A DNA stretch of 48,104 nucleotides from the NCBI GenBank assembly GCA_038199905.1, contig JBBPYM010000183.1:1-48104 (forward strand). The letters run 5' to 3'. The stretch is from Chitinophagales bacterium (GTDB lineage: Bacteria > Bacteroidota > Bacteroidia > Chitinophagales > Chitinophagaceae). Numbering within the stretch: position 1 is the stretch's first letter; each line of letters starts with the position of its first letter. The notes beneath the pieces were generated by a model. That model was not told the DNA's origin. It searched no databases and saw only the letters and a list, made by a program, of their open reading frames with translations. This document shows, in pieces, positions 9,079 through 18,857 of the stretch. The translations under genes and the position numbers were made by a program.

Positions 9079-9309
9079 TAAGCGAACATTTGAGATGTAG
9101 GATAAGTTCCGTTCCTCTTTTTGAGTGATTAAGTCAATGTAATTTGTCCGCCAGTCGTTGACGCGGGTAACACCGGTATTTCAACTAACCAATGATTCTT
9201 TTTAAAAAACAAGTTCTTAACAGGTTGATTATTGGCATTTATATCGGTCAACAATTTCAAAAATAACGCTAAAACGGTAAATGATATACAAACTAATCCC
9301 GTCATTGGT

Positions 9310-9317
9310 TAAATTTG
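9310..9317 (+). promoter_or_regulatory. Candidate Bacteroidota -7 promoter box (TAAATTTG) upstream of mrp
   Basis: Matches TAnnTTTG 35 nt upstream of the ATG at 9352. No good -33 TTG was found at the expected spacing. Confidence 0.3.
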
Positions 9318-9351
9318 CTGCAAATTGTACTTTTTAACAAAATCTTGAAGA

Positions 9352-10446
9352 ATGACGCAAGAACAGGTATTGAATGCTCTCAGCAAAGTTCAGGAACCCG
9401 ACCTCGGAAAAGACCTTGTTACGCTTAACATGGTAAAAGATATTAAAATAGATGGAGCGAACGTGTCCTTTACAGTTGTTTTAACAACACCTGCCTGTCC
9501 TATGAAGGATATGATGCGAAACGCCTGCGTGGCGGCAATTCACCAAATGGTTAGCAAGGAGGCACGCGTGGAGGTTAACTTCACGGCTAACACCACTTCC
9601 AATCGCACAGACCCTAAATCGGTACTACCTAATGTAAAGAACATCATTGCCGTTATCAGCGGAAAAGGTGGCGTGGGTAAAAGCACGGTATCTTCTAACC
9701 TCGCCCTCGCGCTGGCCCAGGGCGGAGCAAAGGTGGGTTTGATGGATGCGGATATCTATGGCCCAAGCATACCAATTATGTTTGGCTTGCGGGGCGACAG
9801 GCCGATGATGAAACAGGTAGGTGAAAAAGGCATGATTGTGCCAATGGAAAGATTCGGCATAAAATTAATGAGCATCGGTTTGCTCGTGGATGAAAAAAAT
9901 GCCGTGGTCTGGCGCGGACCGATGGCAAGCAGCGCCATCAGGCAATTTGTTACAGATGTGTTGTGGGAAGATCTTGATTACCTTATTATTGATATGCCGC
10001 CCGGAACTGGTGATATCCACCTTACGCTGGTACAAACGGTACCGCTTACAGGCGTTATCGTAGTAACCACTCCACAAGATGTGGCCCTTGCAGATGCAAA
10101 AAAAGGCATCGCAATGTTCGGACAGGCGCAAATAAAAGTGCCTATTATTGGCTTGGTAGAAAATATGAGCTATTTCACCCCGGCCGAATTGCCAGACAGC
10201 AAATATTATATATTTGGAAAAGAAGGCGGTAAAAAGCTGGCCGATGAATACGATATTCCTTTCCTTGGGCAGATACCATTGGTGCAAAGCATTCGCGAAG
10301 GCGGCGACATGGGCATTCCGATTATGGTAAGCGATGATATAATTTCCAGAACAGCATTTGAAGAATTTGCAGCTGCCGCTGTTCGAAGCATCTCCATGCG
10401 AAATGCACATATTGAAGCCACGAGAATTGTTGAAGTGATTGAATAG
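9352..10446 (+). CDS. apbC: Mrp/NBP35 (ApbC) family iron-sulfur cluster carrier ATPase
   Basis: 364 aa. N-terminal DUF59-like region, deviant Walker A ISGKGGVGKST, and a DMPPGTGD motif. Confidence 0.9.
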   Translation: MTQEQVLNALSKVQEPDLGKDLVTLNMVKDIKIDGANVSFTVVLTTPACPMKDMMRNACVAAIHQMVSKEARVEVNFTANTTSNRTDPKSVLPNVKNIIAVISGKGGVGKSTVSSNLALALAQGGAKVGLMDADIYGPSIPIMFGLRGDRPMMKQVGEKGMIVPMERFGIKLMSIGLLVDEKNAVVWRGPMASSAIRQFVTDVLWEDLDYLIIDMPPGTGDIHLTLVQTVPLTGVIVVTTPQDVALADAKKGIAMFGQAQIKVPIIGLVENMSYFTPAELPDSKYYIFGKEGGKKLADEYDIPFLGQIPLVQSIREGGDMGIPIMVSDDIISRTAFEEFAAAAVRSISMRNAHIEATRIVEVIE

Positions 10447-10495
10447 CTGACGGATCGTTTTTCTAAAGGCATTTATTTAATTAAGTTCAACCACG

Positions 10496-11128
10496 ATGTA
10501 CATCCCCCGTCGTTATGAGGAAAAAGACCGCGAAAAGATTCTTTCGTTCATGAAAGAAAACAGCTTTGCCATTTTGGTGACTGTAAAAGACGGCCTGCCC
10601 CTTGCAACGCACCTTCCACTATCCGTGGAAAAAAACGAATCCGGCAACGACGTACTCGTCGGGCATATTTCAAAAGGCAATGAACAAAAAAATACTTTGA
10701 TTGATGGAACGAAACTGCTTTGTATATTCCCCGGCCCTCATGCGTACATCTCTCCCAGGTGGTACACGCAGATGAACGTGCCTACCTGGAATTATGTTTC
10801 AGTGCACGCTTATGGAACAGTTAGGATTATGGGGATCGAAGAACTTAAAACCGCCCTGTCACGCCAGGTAGACATCTACGAACAAAATATGGCTAACCCG
10901 ATGAAGTTGGAAGACATTCCTGAGGAAATGTTTAATGACGATATTCTCGGAATTATTGGATTTGAGATTACCATTGACGAACTGCAGGCAGCCAGGAAAA
11001 TGAGCCAGAACCGCGATGCCGAAAGTTATGGTAATGTGATCGGACACCTTGAACAGGGAAACGCAAACGCCCGGCAGGTCGCTGCAATCATGGAAGAAAA
11101 AAAATCAGAACTATTTGAAGACAAATAA
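10496..11128 (+). CDS. FMN-binding negative transcriptional regulator (PaiB family)
   Basis: 210 aa. The N-terminal MYIPRRYEE...FMKENSFAILVT...LPLATHLP pattern is typical of PaiB-like proteins. Confidence 0.75.
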   Translation: MYIPRRYEEKDREKILSFMKENSFAILVTVKDGLPLATHLPLSVEKNESGNDVLVGHISKGNEQKNTLIDGTKLLCIFPGPHAYISPRWYTQMNVPTWNYVSVHAYGTVRIMGIEELKTALSRQVDIYEQNMANPMKLEDIPEEMFNDDILGIIGFEITIDELQAARKMSQNRDAESYGNVIGHLEQGNANARQVAAIMEEKKSELFEDK

Positions 11129-11161
11129 TTTTGTTAACTGAAGAAAACGCTAACATCTGGT

Positions 11162-12064
11162 ATGAGAATAAACAAAGAATTATGGCAACTGGTGATTATA
11201 ATAATGTTCGTCATTGGCTGTCATACGTCAAAAAACATGCGTTCGGGAATGCCCGTTTTTGACAAACAAGGTCACCGCGGATGCCGGGGGTTGATGCCCG
11301 AAAATACTATACCCGCGATGCTAAAAGCAATCGATATAGGCGTCACCACCCTTGAAATGGACGCCATGATAACGAAAGATGAAAAAGTTATACTGTCACA
11401 CGATGCCTGGTTTAACCACGCCATTACCACAAAGGCTGACGGCAGTTTTATAGACGTGAAAGATGAAAAAAGCTATACCATTTTCGGGATGACATACGCC
11501 GAAACTCAGCAATATGATGTTGGTATGAAAGTAGTGCCAGCCTTCCCACGGCAGCAAAAACTTGCAGTACACAAACCCCTGCTCAGCGATGTTATCGACA
11601 GCGTAGAACTTTATTGCCGCAACAAGAAACTGCCACCCCCTTTTTATAATATTGAAACCAAATGCAGTCCTGCAAACGATAATATCCTTCACCCTGAACC
11701 TAAGAAATTTGTCGACTTGCTGATGGGTGTTATCTTACGGAAAGGTATATCTGAACGTATTATCATCCAGTCATTTGATTTTCGAACGCTGAAGATCCTT
11801 CATGAGCATTATCCATCCATAAAAACAGCTGCGCTCATCGGAACTAACAACAAGGGATCTATGAGCGATCAGGTCAAAGACCTTGGTTTTGTGCCAACAA
11901 TTTATAGCCCTGAATACTCACTCGTTACCAAGGAACTTGTGGCAGATTGTCATCAACAAAATATGAAGGTGATACCCTGGACGGTCAATGATAAAACCAA
12001 AATTGATAACCTCCGCGCCCTGGGTGTTGACGGTATCATATCCGATTTTCCGGATTTGTTTTAA
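11162..12064 (+). CDS. Glycerophosphodiester phosphodiesterase family lipoprotein
   Basis: 300 aa. Lipobox-like IGC after a hydrophobic leader. GDPD motifs HRGCRGLMPENT and LEMD...SHD are present, with a C-terminal VDGIISDFPD. Confidence 0.85.
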   Translation: MRINKELWQLVIIIMFVIGCHTSKNMRSGMPVFDKQGHRGCRGLMPENTIPAMLKAIDIGVTTLEMDAMITKDEKVILSHDAWFNHAITTKADGSFIDVKDEKSYTIFGMTYAETQQYDVGMKVVPAFPRQQKLAVHKPLLSDVIDSVELYCRNKKLPPPFYNIETKCSPANDNILHPEPKKFVDLLMGVILRKGISERIIIQSFDFRTLKILHEHYPSIKTAALIGTNNKGSMSDQVKDLGFVPTIYSPEYSLVTKELVADCHQQNMKVIPWTVNDKTKIDNLRALGVDGIISDFPDLF

Positions 12065-12130
12065 GAGGTAGTTGCAAAACCTTATGGCATTGGTCAGAAA
12101 CTTCCTTTTCTTTGTTTCAAATTAACCCGG

Positions 12131-12931
12131 ATGAACCGCAATCGTATCATTGAGCAGATCAGGCAAAAACAAAGTTATCTCTGTATTGGCCTGGATACCG
12201 ATATCGAAAAAATTCCTCGTCACTTATTATCAGAACCCGACCCTGTTTTTGCTTTTAACAAAGCGATCATTGATGCCACAAAAGATGTATGCATAAGTTA
12301 TAAGATCAATACGGCTTTTTATGAATGTTTGGGTTCAAAAGGCTGGGAATCACTGGAACGTACCGTGGATTATATACCCTCGAACATATTTACCATAGCA
12401 GATGCAAAACGTGGTGATATCGGCAATACTTCATCGCAATATGCAAAAGCCTTTTTTGAAACATTGAAATTCGACGCAGTTACTGTCGCCCCTTACATGG
12501 GTGCAGACAGCGTGCGGCCATTTCTGGAATACCAGGATAAGTGGACCATATTGCTGGCGCTGACTTCAAACACAGGGGCCAGCGATTTTGAATTACAAAA
12601 ACAGGGTGATGAGTATCTGTATGAGAAAGTCATCAGAACCGCAATGTCATGGGGAACACCTTCTAACCTGATGTTTGTAATAGGCGCCACGCAGCCCGAC
12701 TGGTTTGCAAAGATCAGGGATATTTCTCCGGAGCATTTTTACCTGGTTCCTGGTGTGGGTGCACAGGGCGGAAGCCTGGAACTTATTTCGAAAAATGCGA
12801 TGAACAAAGATATTGGCCTGCTGGTGAACGTTAGCCGGGCAATTATCTATGCATCAAAAAATGACGATTTCGCTGCCGCTGCCGCTGCCGCTGCATCAGT
12901 CTACCAAAAGGAAATGGCAGTATTTTTATGA
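12131..12931 (+). CDS. pyrF: Orotidine-5'-phosphate decarboxylase (type 2)
   Basis: 266 aa. LCIGLDTD..., ...[13 protein letters not shown]..., and VPGVGAQGG motifs. Confidence 0.85.
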   Translation: MNRNRIIEQIRQKQSYLCIGLDTDIEKIPRHLLSEPDPVFAFNKAIIDATKDVCISYKINTAFYECLGSKGWESLERTVDYIPSNIFTIADAKRGDIGNTSSQYAKAFFETLKFDAVTVAPYMGADSVRPFLEYQDKWTILLALTSNTGASDFELQKQGDEYLYEKVIRTAMSWGTPSNLMFVIGATQPDWFAKIRDISPEHFYLVPGVGAQGGSLELISKNAMNKDIGLLVNVSRAIIYASKNDDFAAAAAAAASVYQKEMAVFL

Positions 12932-13031
12932 ATAAGATAAACACGTTTAGTATAAGGCTGGTACCATTAATATATCAACAACAATAATTATCTTTCAACA
13001 CGCAAATCTACATCTCACATAAGTTAACCCT

Positions 13032-14141
13032 ATGGCCAGCATATCTACTTCGCAAAGACTGTATTCACTGGATGCCCTTCGTGGTTTTGATATGTTTTGG
13101 ATAATGGGTGCAAGCGGCATCATTGGCAGTCTTTATAAAGCTACCGGTGCTCCATGGCTCGGAGCAATCGAAGCACAACTGGAACACCCCGCCTGGCACG
13201 GTTTCCATGCTTATGACCTCATCTTCCCGCTGTTTTTGTTTATGGCAGGCGTGGCTACACCCTTCTCAACCGGCCGCGAAATGGAACTCGGAAAAAAGAA
13301 GAGCAGGATACTGACCAAGATAGTAAGAAGAGGGCTGACGCTGGTTTTGCTCGGACTTATCGTCAATAACCACCTGAAGATAATGCCGATTTCGGAAGTG
13401 CGTTTTGGCAGTGTGCTGGGCCATATCGGTATCGCGTATATGTTTGCCAATATCATTTATTTATATGCCAGTCAGAAGGCACAGTTTGTCTGGTTCTGCG
13501 GTATCCTCGTAGGTTACTGGCTACTTTTTGTTTTCGGATCCGCGCCGGGTTTTCCTCATGGAGATATGACGATGGAAGGAAATATTGCTTCTTACATAGA
13601 CCGTATGGTGATGCCCGGTAGATTATACCTAAAGATCCATGATCCCGAGGGATTGGTTTCTACCATCCCTGCAATAAGCACAGCGCTGCTGGGTGTTTTT
13701 GCTGGTCACCTGTTGCGAAATAACCCGATGACCGGTAAAAGAAAAGCCTCTCTGTTAACAGTTACGGGCATCACTTTTATTGCCATTTCTTTACTCTGGA
13801 ACACCATCTTTCCCATCAACAAAAATCTATGGACCAGCTCTTTTATGCTGCTCACAGGCGGACTTAGTTTGATATTACTATCTCTTTTTTACTATATAAT
13901 AGATGTGTTGGGCTATAAAAGATGGGCGTTTTTCTTCAAAGTCATTGGTATGAATTCTATTTTAATTTATATCTCCGGCATGTTTATAGACTTCCGTTAT
14001 ACAACCATCTCGTTCTTTCAATGGTTCGTAGATCTAATAGGAGAGCCATATAACATCGTTGCTGCAGCAATGTGTTTTGTACTTGTTAAGTGGATGTTCC
14101 TGTATTTTTTATACAGGAAGAATGTCTTCCTGCGTGTTTAA
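13032..14141 (+). CDS. Polytopic membrane acyltransferase-like protein (DUF5009 / HGSNAT-like)
   Basis: 369 aa and highly hydrophobic. The N-terminal RLYSLDALRGFDMFWIMG motif is characteristic of this family. Confidence 0.65.
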   Translation: MASISTSQRLYSLDALRGFDMFWIMGASGIIGSLYKATGAPWLGAIEAQLEHPAWHGFHAYDLIFPLFLFMAGVATPFSTGREMELGKKKSRILTKIVRRGLTLVLLGLIVNNHLKIMPISEVRFGSVLGHIGIAYMFANIIYLYASQKAQFVWFCGILVGYWLLFVFGSAPGFPHGDMTMEGNIASYIDRMVMPGRLYLKIHDPEGLVSTIPAISTALLGVFAGHLLRNNPMTGKRKASLLTVTGITFIAISLLWNTIFPINKNLWTSSFMLLTGGLSLILLSLFYYIIDVLGYKRWAFFFKVIGMNSILIYISGMFIDFRYTTISFFQWFVDLIGEPYNIVAAAMCFVLVKWMFLYFLYRKNVFLRV

Positions 14142-14332
14142 TGTTGCACTAAATCAACCTTTCCTCCCATTGAATTTTCATTCCAGGAATATTCATAAAA
14201 GGAAAAAATTCTTCAACTAACAGGAACTACGGGAATTGAATGAATCGACCTTCTTTTTTCCATGTTAAACCGCATTGCCTCCATTTCCGATATAGAACCG
14301 CTTTCAAGAATCGGGTTCCTAAGCGCGATTAA

Positions 14333-14650
14333 CGAGAGCCAGCCTATAAAAGAAAACTGATGTGTAAATACGTTGTATATAATTTTAAAGCAAGGTATCG
14401 ATCGATGTGGCGCAACAGGTAATACAACCACTACATCGTTTGGGGGTTTCTCAAGAAAAGAACCACCAAATTATTTATTGAGTATATCAATGAAATACGA
14501 GTGGGATCTGCAGGCAAATTATTGATCAAGCAAAGCCAGATTATCAGCGAAATTGCTATGAGAGAGGGGCGAGAATATTCCAGGCCATACACTGCACAAT
14601 CGAACTTTGCCACTTTGCCTACCGCAAGCAGGGGGTTTTCTACCAAACGG
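14333..14650 (+). pseudogene. Remnant of an AraC-family regulator (C-terminal double-HTH domain only, with an in-frame stop)
   Basis: My own translation of frame 2 gives ...NFKARYRSMWRNR*YNHYIVWGFLKKRTTKLFIEYINEIRVGSAGKLLIKQSQIISEIAMREGREYSRPYTAQSNFATLPTASRGF. This follows the AraC pattern F.K..G.....YI...R...A..LL......I.EIA...GF...SYF...F....G..P..F but is degenerate, with a TAA at 14420-14422. No N-terminal sensor domain lies upstream. Confidence 0.5.
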
Positions 14651-15104
14651 GCAAATAATTACAACCATGCAGCGCCAGTATTTGCATCTTTGCCATGTTG
14701 TTAATATCACCGGTAGCAACCACCACCCGTTCCAGTGATGTAGATTGGGATGCCTCTATTGTAAGACCAGGTACATAGGAAGGGTATTCTACAAATAATC
14801 GCCGCTTTTTGCCCGCCGCTTTTGTGTAGAGCCCGTCACTTATCTCTGTAGTTTTCGCAGGATAACCATCTGCTAAAATTAATACGCCTGTTGTTTCGTG
14901 TGCATTGTTTATTGCCTCACCGGGCGTATTATATCTTATACAGGAAATGTTGTTCTTTTTCAGAGCCTGGTAAAGGTCATTGTCTTCTTTACAACTTAAA
15001 ATAAGGGCGGTTTGATTCCTTACCGTTTGTGCCTGAACTACAATTGATAATAGTACTGCACAAAGAACCAGGACGGGCTTGGTAATATCGCGAAAAATTT
15101 TCAT
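14640..15104 (-). CDS. Secreted protein of unknown function: an N-terminal-domain-only paralog of the 712-aa protein next door
   Basis: 154 aa with signal peptide ...VLVLCAVLLSIVVQAQ. It aligns by eye to roughly residues 25-150 of ORF 15127..17265 (DNDLY.ALKK.N......P..AI......TGV.I.ADGYP.KT.......AA.KK.RL..EYP...PGL...ER.V). It ends abruptly inside the tail of the AraC remnant. Confidence 0.55.
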   Translation of the reverse strand: MKIFRDITKPVLVLCAVLLSIVVQAQTVRNQTALILSCKEDNDLYQALKKNNISCIRYNTPGEAINNAHETTGVLILADGYPAKTTEISDGLYTKAAGKKRRLFVEYPSYVPGLTIEASQSTSLERVVVATGDINNMAKMQILALHGCNYLPVW

Positions 15105-15126
15105 GGCTCTTTTTTGGTGCGCTGCT

Positions 15127-17265
15127 TTACTTATTGTTTCGAAACATTGTTTTAATTGTTTGCGGCATCTGCCTGTTTACCCGCGATTCTTTTGTAAGTT
15201 GCCAGTAGCTTTGATCATTCACCACTAATACCTGGGTGCCAACGATCCAGCTTTGTATCCATCCGGTAAGAGTTGACCACGCTCCCCAGCCAACATCAGC
15301 ATTCGATGCCCAGTAGTCCCAACGGTTATAGTCAAACGCTCTGAACCAGGCGCCATCCAAATCTTTGTATTTGTCACTCTTTACCTGGATGCGGGTTAGA
15401 AAATCAGACAATTTTTCTACCGCTGCTTTGTATTTTTTGTTTCCGGTTGCATGAGCAGCTTCATTAAGACTAAAAAAAGCAAAGTTGCTGGTGTACAACA
15501 TATCAGCCACAGGATCGCCATTTTGAAATATCAGTGGAGCTTCGTGCAGTCCGTATTCTTTATTGGAGGCGGTTCTTCCATATTGGCCGCCACTCGCACC
15601 CAGTTCCTCGCGAATGGCACCATTTTCCATTTGGTTGCTTAACAATTTCTCAACCACTTCATCCAGCCACTGGCGGTGCTCTTCAGTATTATCTACCCGT
15701 ACCAGCCATGCCAGCGGGAGTATCATTCTTGCACGCTCCTGTTGAATACCATTGGTCCATTTCCACTTATTGGGGTAAGCCTCCATCGTCATTCTTATAG
15801 CATTCTTTGTTTTAGTGAGTAATGGTTCATAATGAGTTTTATCATACAACCAAAGGTAGCATGCCCACATCCAGGCTTCAAAATGAGGATGAGGATTTAC
15901 GACTTCTCTTTCCCAAAAATAATTCCAACCAGAGTTTTGAATGTTTTTGTCTTCCAGCCTGCTGCCCCGGAAGCCTTGTTTACCGGTAGTTCGAAAATTA
16001 GCCATAATGGCTTCCGCAATTTCTTTATCCCATTTGCCGGTATTCAAGTAAGCAGAAGCACCGATTATTCCCAGTACACAACGCGCATTATCATCGCCAT
16101 AAAATACACCTGGATGGGTAACCGACCATCCAATTAAGCCGTATGCGGGATTAGTTGAATCATTTTTTGCGTCGCTCCTGAGATTAGAACCATGAAAGAC
16201 AAAGTCGGTCAGCTTCGTTGCCATTTTTGCATACTCCTCTTTATGAAGGAGCGCATTTGTTGCGGCAAGTGCATAAGCCACTTCACCTTGTACATCTGCG
16301 CGTACCCAGTAACGATACTGCTCGGTACCATCATAATAAATGTTTGAAGCATGACCTTCTAGTATGCCCAGGGAGCCATCGCCGTTTGGCAACTGCTGAC
16401 TTACCGGCGGACCAAGCGGCGAGGTACCATCTCCCTGGTATTTCAGCCATAAATCTTTCCAGGAAGGATCTATAAAGAAACGACCATTATAAAACCATTC
16501 GGCCCCTTTGGCAATGGAGTTTTTTCTTGCATCAGGTGGCAGTGCATCATTCTTTGCATACATCGGCGAAACATAAGAAAGCCAATGGTTAAAGCGAAAA
16601 TCCTTATCACCCGATATAAATGATACGATATACTCCCATGTTTTTTTCCATGAATCTTCGGGTGCATAACGGCCAGTTGCGAAATTGCTCAGTTTGCTCA
16701 TCGCCACCAGCATATTATCCTTTTGAAATAATAATGGATATGTCTTTACATCTTCTATACCATATTCGGCTTTATTATAGCCTGCAACTTTTCCCAGAAC
16801 TATTAATGGGCTCTTCACATCAACTGCTAAAATATGCGCATCGTTTATTCCAAGTAAGCTCATGCGTGCCAGCTCCTTTCCAAAAACATCGGAGGTAATC
16901 ACGCCTCTTTCAAAGTTTGTTTTAACGATAGTATCGGGTATATTTAATCCCGGCAAAGAAGCAGGATATTCAATATAAAGTCGCAGCTTTTTTTTGGCAG
17001 CCAGTTGCAGTGATCCTGGTTTAATATTAACTGTCTTTCCGGGATAACCATCCGCAATTATAAACACGCCTGTTCCATTGGTGGCGGCCATGATTGCAGC
17101 TTCAGGATCGGCAAAATGTTTCAGACTGACATTCTCTTTTTTCAGCACAACATAAAGATCATTATCAATGCTGCCACAAAAGGACAGCGTTGCTTTTTTT
17201 GCGCCCGGTGGAGTTATAACCAGTAACAAGGCGCAATAACAATTTAGAAGGAATTTAATTTTCAT
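15127..17265 (-). CDS. Secreted two-domain protein of unknown function (full-length member of the local paralog family)
   Basis: 712-aa ORF with an N-terminal hydrophobic leader. The C-terminal ~470 aa is helix- and aromatic-rich (FYGDDNAR, HFEAWMWACYLWLY, ERARMILPLAWLVR, DGAWFRAFDYNRWDYWASNADVGWGAWSTLTGWIQSWIV). I do not recognise a named family. Confidence 0.8.
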   Translation of the reverse strand: MKIKFLLNCYCALLLVITPPGAKKATLSFCGSIDNDLYVVLKKENVSLKHFADPEAAIMAATNGTGVFIIADGYPGKTVNIKPGSLQLAAKKKLRLYIEYPASLPGLNIPDTIVKTNFERGVITSDVFGKELARMSLLGINDAHILAVDVKSPLIVLGKVAGYNKAEYGIEDVKTYPLLFQKDNMLVAMSKLSNFATGRYAPEDSWKKTWEYIVSFISGDKDFRFNHWLSYVSPMYAKNDALPPDARKNSIAKGAEWFYNGRFFIDPSWKDLWLKYQGDGTSPLGPPVSQQLPNGDGSLGILEGHASNIYYDGTEQYRYWVRADVQGEVAYALAATNALLHKEEYAKMATKLTDFVFHGSNLRSDAKNDSTNPAYGLIGWSVTHPGVFYGDDNARCVLGIIGASAYLNTGKWDKEIAEAIMANFRTTGKQGFRGSRLEDKNIQNSGWNYFWEREVVNPHPHFEAWMWACYLWLYDKTHYEPLLTKTKNAIRMTMEAYPNKWKWTNGIQQERARMILPLAWLVRVDNTEEHRQWLDEVVEKLLSNQMENGAIREELGASGGQYGRTASNKEYGLHEAPLIFQNGDPVADMLYTSNFAFFSLNEAAHATGNKKYKAAVEKLSDFLTRIQVKSDKYKDLDGAWFRAFDYNRWDYWASNADVGWGAWSTLTGWIQSWIVGTQVLVVNDQSYWQLTKESRVNRQMPQTIKTMFRNNK

Positions 17266-17303
17266 GGGCTTGTCTTAATTTGATTTAGATGTGGGAACAA
17301 GTG

Positions 17304-18746
17304 TTATCGTTTTACATTGTTTCCCAACATTGTTTTAATCGTTTTAGGCATTTGTTCGTTTATCCTGGAATCTTTTGTAACCTGCCAGTAGCTTTCGTTG
17401 TTTGAAATTATTGCCTGGGTGGTTACGATCCAGCTTTGTATCCAGCCGGTTAAGGTACACCAGGCTCCCCATCCTGCATCAGAATTGGATGCCCAATAAT
17501 CCCACCTCCCATAATCAAAGGCTCTGAACCAGGCGCCATCAAGGTCCTTATGCTTTTTACTTTGAACCTGGATCCTTGTAATAAAATCTGATAGTTTATC
17601 AACAGCGTCCTTATACTTCTTATTACCGGTTGCAGTGGCTGCCTCATTTAAACTGAACAGCGCAAAATTGCAGGTATATAACATACAGGCAGCTTTTTCA
17701 CCATTGCGGAATACTAAGGAGCCCTCATCAGATCCATAATCGGAGTTTTTATTCAGTTCCTTAAACATTCCTTTTCCTTTGCCCAGTTCTTCCATGATCG
17801 CGCCACTTTCATCCTGGTACTTAAGTATTTCATTCACCATTTTATCAAGCCATAATTTGTGCTCTTCGTTATTTTCTATTCTTACAAGCCAGGCTAAAGG
17901 CAGGATCATTCGTGCACGCTGGGTTTGCATACTGCTTCCCCATAACCATTTATTGGGATATGCTTCCATCGTGATCTTTATGGCCTGTTTGGTTTTTGTA
18001 AGCAAAGGCTGATAGCCCGTTTTGCTATATAACCATAAATAACATGCCCACATCCAGGACTCAAAATGTGGCGAAATGTTTAACAGTTCCCTTTCCTGGT
18101 AAAATTGTAACCCATTTTTGATAATATCTTTCTCCTCCAATCGATCACTCCTGAATCCAAGTTTTCCAGTTGTTCTGAAATTGGCCATTATTGCTTCAGT
18201 CAGCTCTTGGTCCCATTTACTGGTATTAAGATAGGCTGATGGGCCGATTGCTCCAAGTATTGCCCGTGCATTATCGTCGCCGTAAAAAGTACCGGCATTA
18301 GTAGTGGCCCAGCCGATGAGTCCGTAGGCCGGACTAGAAGCATCATTTTTAGCGCCAGCCCGCAAATTGGAAGTTTTGAACATGTAATCGATAAGATTGG
18401 CTGATTTACTTTTGTATTCTTTATCGTTAAAAAGCTTTCCTGCCGCGGCAAGTGCCATGCTGGCTTCACCCTGAACATCTGCGCGCATCCAGTAGCGATA
18501 TTGCTGGCTTCCATCAAAGTAAATAGTTGAGGTATGTCCCTCCAATATGCCAAGACTTCCACCACCATTAGGCTTTGACTGGCTGACAGGTGGACCGACT
18601 GGTGTAAATGTGTTACTGCCGTATTTGATCCAGTCCTGCTTCCAGCTCGGATGGATAAAGAATCGGCCATTGTTAAACCACTCAATTCCTTTTTTAATAC
18701 TTTTTATTTTTGAAGAAGCAGGCAATGCTTCGTTCCGGCTGAACAT
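17304..18746 (-). CDS. 5'-truncated paralog of the 712-aa protein (C-terminal domain only, no signal peptide); possibly a pseudogene
   Basis: 480-aa ORF. Roughly two thirds of aligned residues are identical by eye to the C-terminal part of ORF 15127..17265. Homology continues in frame for 36 codons upstream of the ATG (to 18854) and then hits an in-frame TGA at 18855-18857. Confidence 0.6.
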   Translation of the reverse strand: MFSRNEALPASSKIKSIKKGIEWFNNGRFFIHPSWKQDWIKYGSNTFTPVGPPVSQSKPNGGGSLGILEGHTSTIYFDGSQQYRYWMRADVQGEASMALAAAGKLFNDKEYKSKSANLIDYMFKTSNLRAGAKNDASSPAYGLIGWATTNAGTFYGDDNARAILGAIGPSAYLNTSKWDQELTEAIMANFRTTGKLGFRSDRLEEKDIIKNGLQFYQERELLNISPHFESWMWACYLWLYSKTGYQPLLTKTKQAIKITMEAYPNKWLWGSSMQTQRARMILPLAWLVRIENNEEHKLWLDKMVNEILKYQDESGAIMEELGKGKGMFKELNKNSDYGSDEGSLVFRNGEKAACMLYTCNFALFSLNEAATATGNKKYKDAVDKLSDFITRIQVQSKKHKDLDGAWFRAFDYGRWDYWASNSDAGWGAWCTLTGWIQSWIVTTQAIISNNESYWQVTKDSRINEQMPKTIKTMLGNNVKR

Positions 18747-18857
18747 GGGTTTAACATCTTCTTCCCAGTGTTTGAATTGAGTTACTTTATTGCCTGTGAT
18801 CCGTGATATAATATACGTCCAAACGATTTTAATTGAAGCTTCAGGCCCATACCTTCA

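Noticed and set aside
9865-10472. Minus-strand ORFs of 181 aa and 88 aa opposite mrp/apbC
   Set aside because: They are antisense to a gene with an unambiguous P-loop and Mrp motifs. No motifs of their own.
14213-14719. Small minus-strand ORFs 14213..14431, 14431..14646 and 14519..14719
   Set aside because: They are the antisense or alternative frames of the AraC-like remnant. The plus-strand reading shows the family pattern and these do not.
18200-18685. 161-aa minus-strand ORF in another frame within the 480-aa paralog
   Set aside because: It is the same strand but out of frame with a gene whose frame is validated by strong paralog similarity.
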